Origin: a virus
Lineage: Duplodnaviria > Caudoviricetes
Length of the DNA: 39,513 bases
IMG/VR virus record: IMGVR_UViG_3300020414_000324
Location: 1 to 39,513 of that record
Strand: one strand, 5' to 3'
Notes under the pieces: model-generated
What the model was told of the DNA's origin: nothing
The model's database searches: none
What the model saw: only the letters and a program-made list of their open reading frames with translations
In this document: positions 32,937 to 39,513 of the stretch, piece after piece
Numbering within the stretch: position 1 is the stretch's first letter
How the letters are laid out: the number at the start of each line of letters is the position of its first letter
Made by a program: the position numbers and the translations under genes

Positions 32937-33098
32937 TTATTCTGATTTCCAAATAGTCCAAACACCCCATGCGATTGCTAATCCAGCAGCAATTTTAGCG
33001 AGTGGTGCCATAAAAAGAATCATAAGACCTAATGCAATACATACTGCGCCGTCCCATGATGTTCTTTCTTTAATTCTGTTTTTAATCCAAGTTCTCAT
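32937..33098 (-). CDS. small two-TM protein, holin candidate (53 aa; not in ORF track)
   Basis: MRTWIKNRIKERTSWDGAVCIALGLMILFMAPLAKIAAGLAIAWGVWTIWKSE; GGGAG RBS; upstream of spanins. Confidence 0.65.
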   Translation of the reverse strand: MRTWIKNRIKERTSWDGAVCIALGLMILFMAPLAKIAAGLAIAWGVWTIWKSE

Positions 33099-33838
33099 GT
33101 TTTTCTCCCTTCATATTTCAAAACTTTACTTGTTGTCTTGAAATCTGGTTTTCTCATGATTGTTTTATTGGTGACTTCAAATTCATCACCTTTTGTTTTG
33201 ATAACAACTGGTAGATTAAGGTTAGTTGACATATCCTTTAGAACTGCTTCTATATCTGGATTGTTTCTTATATTTCTACCCTTATTACGTTGTATCTTTT
33301 TAAAGAACTTTTGCAGTTCTGATACTTTGATGGCAGGACTATTTCTTGGGTCATTCAGTCTGTCAACAAAGTGTTTGGTAAACTCCACATCTATTTTATA
33401 CTTCTTTAAAATTCTATCTGCAAACTTTTCCAAATCATTCACATCTCTTTGTGAGAAATCTTCATTCCTCTGTTTTGTAATCTTTTTCATCTTTTCAATA
33501 TATGCACGATAAACATCAGCAGCACCAACCTTACCCATCACTCTTGCTCTTTGTTCCATTGCGATTGCCGCTTGTATCTTATGTGCATGAGATTTACCAG
33601 ATGATTCTATTTTCTTTACACTATCCTTTGCATCTTGTACTGTTGCAAATTTTAGACCATGTATTGTACCTTTAGGATTTTCATCTGTATATAAATCAGA
33701 ATGTTTATCACTTCCTGCTGGTTGACCTTTCTTTCTTGCAATACGTTTAGTAGTCTTTGCAATAAGATTCAACCTCATTGCATTAAGGTCTGCAACTGGT
33801 TTAACAAAGTTGTAATTGTGGTATATGAAATCAGTCAT
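33095..33838 (-). CDS. two-domain hypothetical protein (possible internal head protein)
   Basis: basic N-domain HSDLYTDENPKGTI; C-domain FTKHFVDRLNDPRN after RNE junction. Confidence 0.7.
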   Translation of the reverse strand: MTDFIYHNYNFVKPVADLNAMRLNLIAKTTKRIARKKGQPAGSDKHSDLYTDENPKGTIHGLKFATVQDAKDSVKKIESSGKSHAHKIQAAIAMEQRARVMGKVGAADVYRAYIEKMKKITKQRNEDFSQRDVNDLEKFADRILKKYKIDVEFTKHFVDRLNDPRNSPAIKVSELQKFFKKIQRNKGRNIRNNPDIEAVLKDMSTNLNLPVVIKTKGDEFEVTNKTIMRKPDFKTTSKVLKYEGRKT

Positions 33839-34052
33839 ATAAAGTCTCCGTCTTATTACTTATGTAAACTGGTTTACAGTAAGCGGTAGCTCTATGTTCT
33901 TGGGGGACTAGGGAATGTGAACCGTAATTACCGTATCTTTTCACGATTTGTGATGCAAAGTAATTACAATCTCTGATATCACGAAAATACATTGGTTGTC
34001 CGCCTTGTTTCACATCTCCTAATAATAATATTAAAAGGAACGCATGAACCAT
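33831..34052 (-). CDS. small exported two-Cys hypothetical protein
   Basis: hydrophobic N-terminus, YFRDIRDC...AYCK. Confidence 0.65.
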   Translation of the reverse strand: MVHAFLLILLLGDVKQGGQPMYFRDIRDCNYFASQIVKRYGNYGSHSLVPQEHRATAYCKPVYISNKTETLYD

Positions 34053-34054
34053 GA

Positions 34055-34552
34055 CTACTTAAAGATAACATTAACCAGTCGTAAAAACTGGGCCTTTGTG
34101 CCATTGTTAATAATATCTTCAACCTTTTTCTTGTTATCTGGTTTTAATTTATCAAGTGTTTGAACAAATGCAGATGCTGTAAATAAATCAACTTTCATTC
34201 TACCATCTTTCATCTTTACAGGCATATTTTGTTTGTTCTTGACAATCTTTTTAAGGATATCAACATTTGCTTCTAATAGATACTCTTCACCAAATGACTC
34301 TATGTTCTCTTTGACCTTTTCTCTAAATGTCTTATCCCTCTTTGCACGAAGTTGTTCAATCCTTTTAAAAAATGCTTTTGCCTCTTTACGCCTTCCATCA
34401 TACAAGTTCTTTTTCTTTTTCTTAATAGCAGCATCTGGTGGCATACTAACTCCACCGCCTGCAACAGAGTTTGCTGGTGCGTCTTCATTTTTAATTCCTA
34501 GTGTTTCATCATCATAGAATTTCTGCATGATGTCATTAAATTTTATTGTCAT
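34055..34552 (-). CDS. hypothetical virion-associated protein
   Basis: KNEDAPANSVAGGG and YLLEA segments. Confidence 0.7.
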   Translation of the reverse strand: MTIKFNDIMQKFYDDETLGIKNEDAPANSVAGGGVSMPPDAAIKKKKKNLYDGRRKEAKAFFKRIEQLRAKRDKTFREKVKENIESFGEEYLLEANVDILKKIVKNKQNMPVKMKDGRMKVDLFTASAFVQTLDKLKPDNKKKVEDIINNGTKAQFLRLVNVIFK

Positions 34553-35190
34553 AGTTCTAAATCCTCTAATCCGACTGCTTTTATATCCTCTGCACTAACA
34601 AAGATTTTACTTTGTGTCGGTGTATGTATAACAGAGAAAATGTCCACTCCTAAAACAGTATCAGATGGTGCAGTTGCTTCAAAAGTTTGTACCTCATCTC
34701 CTGCTAACGCATCTGGTGTATCTGCATCTTCTTTATCAAAGGTGATATCATTTACAAGTTTAAAGATACCCTTTGGTAACATACCATTCTCTAATGCAAC
34801 CTCTTCTGATATCGTATCATCTAATTCATAACCACTCTCTTTTAGATACTTCATGAATTCTTGTTCCCACATTTTAGGGTCAACATCTTCTTTAAAAGTA
34901 TCTTTCAATAAGAACAAAGCAGCGGCATAAGTTCCTAACTTTGTTCTAAGGCCTGGAACTTTATTAAATAACTTTTTAATATTGAAAACAAGTTTGTGAA
35001 GAACTGTGTATGCGTTCTTCTCTTCAATCTTGTCTAATGAGGTAGGTCTAGGTGGTGAAGTGTTTGGAATAGTAATACGATTACCATTCTTATCAATTAT
35101 ACCTAATTTGTATGCATCTTGTTTCTCAAAGGGTGTTACCAATAATTTGATAAACCTATAAGTAACAAATAAATCAATCGCCCTACCCAT
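34549..35190 (-). CDS. conserved T4-like hypothetical protein
   Basis: YRFIKLLVTPF..AYKLGIIDKNG, YAAALFLLK. Confidence 0.8.
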   Translation of the reverse strand: MGRAIDLFVTYRFIKLLVTPFEKQDAYKLGIIDKNGNRITIPNTSPPRPTSLDKIEEKNAYTVLHKLVFNIKKLFNKVPGLRTKLGTYAAALFLLKDTFKEDVDPKMWEQEFMKYLKESGYELDDTISEEVALENGMLPKGIFKLVNDITFDKEDADTPDALAGDEVQTFEATAPSDTVLGVDIFSVIHTPTQSKIFVSAEDIKAVGLEDLEL

Positions 35191-35552
35191 TATAGTTCCT
35201 TTAATACCTTACTAATCTTTTCGTCTTCATCAACACCAGATAATTCTTGTTCTGGTAACATACCTAAAAATAACAAAAAACTTTTTAACTGCGGCCAAAA
35301 CTCTGGTTCAATCTTAAACAATAATAAAGTAGAAGCAGCATCTGGGCCAAAAACATTATTTAAAACAATGATATGATTTAGTAATAGTCTTTCTTTAACA
35401 ATACCGTCTTGACTATACTTTTTAAGTAATCGTTTGATATACTTAAATCGTTTCATATCATCATAAAACTCTTTTTCACCCTCACATTGTGGATTATCAT
35501 AGTGTTTTAAGGCAAATAACAAAACATTATCAGATGTGATTTTATCAAACAT
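35190..35552 (-). CDS. conserved T4-like hypothetical protein
   Basis: FALKHYDNPQC, RFKYIKRL, LLLNHIIVL.NVFG. Confidence 0.8.
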   Translation of the reverse strand: MFDKITSDNVLLFALKHYDNPQCEGEKEFYDDMKRFKYIKRLLKKYSQDGIVKERLLLNHIIVLNNVFGPDAASTLLLFKIEPEFWPQLKSFLLFLGMLPEQELSGVDEDEKISKVLKEL

Positions 35553-35954
35553 TTAGGTGATACTTGCCATCACCCTATGACTTCCGTTTGGTAACTTAGA
35601 ATACACAAAATTGATATTCCTACCACTCTCTTGTTCATTCATAAATTCATCAACAGCAGAGTCATCTGCCTTACCAAATTTTCCACCATTCATTACTAAC
35701 GGTAATGATAACTCATCTGTATCACCAGAGAAAGCAACTTCACCAAAATGAAGTCCTACTCTCATGAGTTTTTGTCTTAATTCATCAACTGCTTTTTCTG
35801 CAACCAAATATTCTCTATCACTAATACTTCCAACGAATGTATTTAATTTTTCGATTACAGAGTCATCAGATAAATCTTTAAGATGTCCATCATCATCAAT
35901 AATGTTGTTAGTTGTCTTAATCTCAACATATTCGTTAAATGATTTAACAGCCAT
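35553..35954 (-). CDS. hypothetical protein
   Basis: 133 aa; KSFNEYVE leader. Confidence 0.75.
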   Translation of the reverse strand: MAVKSFNEYVEIKTTNNIIDDDGHLKDLSDDSVIEKLNTFVGSISDREYLVAEKAVDELRQKLMRVGLHFGEVAFSGDTDELSLPLVMNGGKFGKADDSAVDEFMNEQESGRNINFVYSKLPNGSHRVMASIT

Positions 35955-36126
35955 TATCTTCCCCCTCTAATTCTTCATCAAATCCATCTTTTTCAGAATC
36001 ACCATAGATTTCTTGAAGAGGTTGTTTCTTTTCTTTTTTAACTTTTGCAGTTTTTTCTACTGGTTCTACTTTTCTTGGTTGGTTAACCATGATTTTCCCA
36101 CCAGCACCATATCTTACTTCTTCCAT
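35944..36126 (-). CDS. small hypothetical protein
   Basis: AGGAG RBS. Confidence 0.65.
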   Translation of the reverse strand: MEEVRYGAGGKIMVNQPRKVEPVEKTAKVKKEKKQPLQEIYGDSEKDGFDEELEGEDNGC

Positions 36127-36135
36127 AGTTTACTC

Positions 36136-36627
36136 CTAGTTAACTACACCAGCACCATTACTTGCGATTGCATACCACTTATTGTTACTACCAAAAAGTA
36201 ATGTTACAGATTCACCTTGTGCATTTAAAACAATCTGATTTGAACTAGTGGTTGTTGAACCCCAGTTAGCACCAGCAATATTTACACGATATTGAGAACT
36301 TGTTGATGGTGCAGTTGTCATAGTAATAATTTTAATCTGTCCGTTACTACCAACGCCCATACTACTAGTTGCAGTTGTACTAGAAGACGCACCACTTAAA
36401 TCAACATTTGTAATTGAAGTTGTAAGGTCTACTGCTGTACCAGTACCAGTAATTGATTGTGGTGTTCCATCTAATGCAATAAATGTTGGAATATTATTGA
36501 ATAGATTTGCAACACTCATGTTTTTGTTTACTGGAGTACCACTTGGGTCATCAATCACATGAAGTAAATCTTCACCAGCGACTGCCGCTCCTAAACTACT
36601 AAGTGCAGTAATTTTCTTGTCTGCCAT
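36136..36627 (-). CDS. virion structural protein
   Basis: [10 protein letters not shown]-terminus, [17 protein letters not shown] beta-rich motifs. Confidence 0.7.
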   Translation of the reverse strand: MADKKITALSSLGAAVAGEDLLHVIDDPSGTPVNKNMSVANLFNNIPTFIALDGTPQSITGTGTAVDLTTSITNVDLSGASSSTTATSSMGVGSNGQIKIITMTTAPSTSSQYRVNIAGANWGSTTTSSNQIVLNAQGESVTLLFGSNNKWYAIASNGAGVVN

Positions 36628-36640
36628 TTATTTTCTCCTA

Positions 36641-36868
36641 TTAACCCTTTTTACTTTTGGGAATGCTACTGCCAGTATCTTCTGGCACCACTTTTAATTC
36701 ATTAAGAAATAAATCACATTGTTGCAAAGCACCACTTATTGCGTGATGCTGTGCAACTAGATTTACTCTATCATCATCTAGTTTTTTTAAGTTTTCTTTC
36801 ACCGCCGCCAAATCACTCTCTAGTGTTTGTTTGCGAATATTAATTTCAGTCTCAGTCAATTGAGGCAT
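36641..36868 (-). CDS. small coiled-coil protein (possible fibre chaperone)
   Basis: heptad pattern; between structural genes. Confidence 0.65.
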   Translation of the reverse strand: MPQLTETEINIRKQTLESDLAAVKENLKKLDDDRVNLVAQHHAISGALQQCDLFLNELKVVPEDTGSSIPKSKKG

Positions 36869-36907
36869 ATTGTATCTCCATTATTAAAAATTATATACTT
36901 ATATATC

Positions 36908-38476
36908 TTAACTATCTGGTGTTGCGATATCCTCTGCATCACCAACCATACTTGAAGCAGCAACTAGAGTTTCATAGTGAACTCTACCAGCACGACCACC
37001 AGTACCAACAGTTTTCTTAACCCAACCTACATGAGCGATTTCACTAGTGTTGTTATCACCATCTTGACCTAAACCAAGACTTGCAGTTGCAGTTGCAGTT
37101 GCACCAGTTAGACCATGATTTTCAGATGAACCAGCAGTAATATCAATTGCAGTACCAGCAACAGCATTAGAAGCAGTTGTTGCAAGTTTTACAGTATTTG
37201 CGTCAACTTTGATGATAAAGAATGTACCAGCATCAGTCAAACCATCAATAACTGTTCCACCTTTATCAGAGTAAGTAACTGCATCACCAGTATTAAATGC
37301 ATGACTAGATAGTGTAATTGTATCGTTTGCAGTTGATACAGCACTTTGTGCATTAAATGTATCTTCAGCAGGAGCTGCGATTGTTACAGAAGGTGCAGAT
37401 TGATAGTCAGAACCAACACCAGTAACAGTAATTCCAGTTACTACTCCACCAGAAACAGTAGCAGTTCCAGTTGCAGTATCACCCACAAATGAGTTACTAT
37501 CATTACCATCATTTGTAATGTCTAATGCAGTACCACCAGCAGTTAACGCAAGTTTGAAAGTATTCTCAGTTCTATCTCTTACGAATACTGCTGTATTGTC
37601 TGCAAGAGTTCCACCACTATGAACAATATTAGTTCCATTTGATGTATAAGTTAATTTTGTACCATCTCTCATATTATGACCAGTTACAGTAAATACATTT
37701 GTAGTTTCATCAATATTTGCCTGTGTAATTGTTCTTGCAGTTGGAGCTGCAACCGTTACTGAAGGTGCAGAACCATATCCACTTCCATCAGATGAAAGTG
37801 CGATACTTGTTACGTTATCAACACCACCGACTGCCTCACCACCAGTAATACCTAAAACATTACCGTCAATAACAGCAGTTGTTACATTTGGTGATTGTCC
37901 AGTTGTAGTAGTTTTTCCACTACCATCAATTGGTGGTCTAGTCATTGTAACAGATGATGCACTATTTGTTGATGGTGTAAACGGAGCAACAATAGTAAAT
38001 GCTTTTGTTGATGTTCCACCAAAGGTCTGTGCATTATTACCAGTTCCAGTAATATCAATAACTGCACCACCCTCAGTTGCAGACAATGTAAATGCGTTTG
38101 CACTTGCAACTGCCTTAACAAAGAAAGTTGTTTCATCTGTTAAACCAGTAATTGCAGTTCCACCATTTGCCTCATAAAAGACTTCTTGGTTTGCTACAAA
38201 ACCGTGGTTTGTAATTGTAATTTGGTCGTTAGATGTATTGACAGCAGATGTAGCAACAGTTCTTTTAGGTTGAGTATCTTTTACCCTTACCTTATCACCG
38301 TTGTCATCAATGACAATATCACCTGGCTTTAATGCAAAAAATCCGGCAGGTTTACTGCCAATTGTATTTGCGTCTGGAACATCTGCACTTGAATTACCTT
38401 GTACAATCGCACTATTTTGTGTGAAAGTATAAGCACCAGCGAGCGCAGTTCCGTCATTCATACTCCATGAGCTCAT
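36908..38476 (-). CDS. virion structural / fibre-like protein with internal repeats
   Basis: Thr/Ala/Gly-rich; three ITITNHGF-like modules and two G.(G/D)Y.SAPSVT modules; C-terminal GWV...GR..RVHYETLVA. Confidence 0.75.
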   Translation of the reverse strand: MSSWSMNDGTALAGAYTFTQNSAIVQGNSSADVPDANTIGSKPAGFFALKPGDIVIDDNGDKVRVKDTQPKRTVATSAVNTSNDQITITNHGFVANQEVFYEANGGTAITGLTDETTFFVKAVASANAFTLSATEGGAVIDITGTGNNAQTFGGTSTKAFTIVAPFTPSTNSASSVTMTRPPIDGSGKTTTTGQSPNVTTAVIDGNVLGITGGEAVGGVDNVTSIALSSDGSGYGSAPSVTVAAPTARTITQANIDETTNVFTVTGHNMRDGTKLTYTSNGTNIVHSGGTLADNTAVFVRDRTENTFKLALTAGGTALDITNDGNDSNSFVGDTATGTATVSGGVVTGITVTGVGSDYQSAPSVTIAAPAEDTFNAQSAVSTANDTITLSSHAFNTGDAVTYSDKGGTVIDGLTDAGTFFIIKVDANTVKLATTASNAVAGTAIDITAGSSENHGLTGATATATASLGLGQDGDNNTSEIAHVGWVKKTVGTGGRAGRVHYETLVAASSMVGDAEDIATPDS

Positions 38477-38517
38477 TTTAATTCTCCTAGTTTAGTATAT
38501 ACTATCTCTATTTATGT

Positions 38518-39051
38518 TTATTTAAAACCCAACCGTTTCAATTCTGCGATTGTACCCATTGCTGAAGTATGGTGAACTCCGATTCCACCTTTCGCTTTAA
38601 ACTCATTAATATTTTTGATGTAATCATCAATCAATAAGTTAGGTTTACCATCTTTTGTCATTGCATATTTTTGTTTGTCCTCTCGCATGACTAGATGAAT
38701 TCTACTTTTTTGAGTCAACTTTGCATTTTTTCTCAACCATTCTGTTTTACCCTTTCTAGAGTTTGCATCTTTAGTTGAGTATGCAGAAAGAATATGTGGG
38801 TTATATTTACTAATAAACTGCCACATTTTCTTAGACCCAGGCATCCATTCTAAACTTGCCCAGAAATCTTTTGTTCCAGATATCATAGGCCACCTAGTAG
38901 TGGGGTCTGCCTTGGGGAAAGGTTTACCCAATACTTTCTCTGCTCCTTTTAAGAAGTCACAGAGCACCATATCCATATCACAATAGATTGTAGGTAAATC
39001 TTCAATCGTTTCTGCGATATTATGGTTATATACATCATAAAAATTTTTCAC
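38518..39051 (-). CDS. HAD-family 5'(3')-deoxyribonucleotidase-like phosphatase
   Basis: IYCDMDMVLCDF, GKTEWL, LLIDDY.KNI..F...GGIGV; GTG start at 39051. Confidence 0.85.
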   Translation of the reverse strand: MKNFYDVYNHNIAETIEDLPTIYCDMDMVLCDFLKGAEKVLGKPFPKADPTTRWPMISGTKDFWASLEWMPGSKKMWQFISKYNPHILSAYSTKDANSRKGKTEWLRKNAKLTQKSRIHLVMREDKQKYAMTKDGKPNLLIDDYIKNINEFKAKGGIGVHHTSAMGTIAELKRLGFK

Positions 39052-39052
39052 T

Positions 39053-39513
39053 TTACACCTTATTCTTTTCGTTTTTAATTTTAGGCATTTTCGGTGCCAT
39101 CTCAACTGGAGTCATTTCTTTACCAGTATCCGTTATCTTATTTTTACCATCTTTTTTTTCTTTTGTCAAGGTTTTATTTGATTTTAAACGATTATCGCCT
39201 TCTTTAACTCTTCTCTTGATGCCATCTGATTGTACATACTCTTGTACATTTTCACCCCACATTTTTAGGACTGCATCTCTAAGAGAACCTTTTTTAGTTT
39301 GTAGATATCTTTCCCATTCTGGTGTAGAAAACTCTTCATTCTTTTTCTTTCGCATCATTGCAAAGTCTTTACCATCAATGTCGCCATCTTTGTCTTTGTC
39401 AAGTTTCTTTTGACCACCGACAAGTTTCTCAGTCTTAACATCATACTCTTTACCAGCAACGGTAAAAGTTTTCTCACCTTTGTCTTTTGCATCTTTTAAT
39501 GCTTTAGTGAAAA
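39053..39513 (-). CDS. 5'-truncated putative internal/prohead core protein with EF-hand-like loop
   Basis: frame open to window edge: ...KTEKLVGGQKKLDKDKDGDIDGKDFAMMRKKKNEE... Confidence 0.7.
   Translation of the reverse strand, partial: FTKALKDAKDKGEKTFTVAGKEYDVKTEKLVGGQKKLDKDKDGDIDGKDFAMMRKKKNEEFSTPEWERYLQTKKGSLRDAVLKMWGENVQEYVQSDGIKRRVKEGDNRLKSNKTLTKEKKDGKNKITDTGKEMTPVEMAPKMPKIKNEKNKV

Noticed and set aside
1-39513. Stop-codon reassignment, introns or inteins in core genes
   Set aside because: gp32, thyX, rnh, nrdJ and gp61 are intact and of normal length in the standard code, and all three stop codons are used

Overview
This is a 39.5 kb AT-rich segment of a T4-like myovirus genome, most likely a marine phage of an alphaproteobacterium. 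Host evidence: a circularly permuted two-piece tmRNA with an ANDN...ALAA tag, a GTTC-N7-GTTC LexA-type box, and YGAKTCG (CcrM/GcrA-type) motifs. Contents: baseplate and head-completion block (hub, gp53, gp48, gp4, gp2, gp54, gp26, gp51, tape-measure-like); replication and nucleotide genes (gp32, thyX, gp59, gp33, RNase H, class II RNR, primase, resolvase); host-like genes (phoH, ribosomal protein bS21, pseudoazurin, tmRNA); lysis genes (GH108, spanin pair, holin candidates); many small early genes behind sigma70-type promoters; and late virion genes behind TATAAATA promoters. Best leads: (1) a probable programmed -1 frameshift (T TTT TTA) fusing gp26 to a start-codon-less gp51 upstream of the tape-measure gene, like lambda G/GT; (2) early-promoter modules carrying IHF, GcrA/CcrM and LexA-type sites plus a conserved spacer palindrome; (3) a permuted tmRNA with a long structured intervening segment; (4) three unannotated Cys-rich mini-ORFs including a metallothionein-like peptide; (5) enzymes with T4-type capsid-targeting leaders. 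All calls come from reading motifs by eye. No database searches were run.
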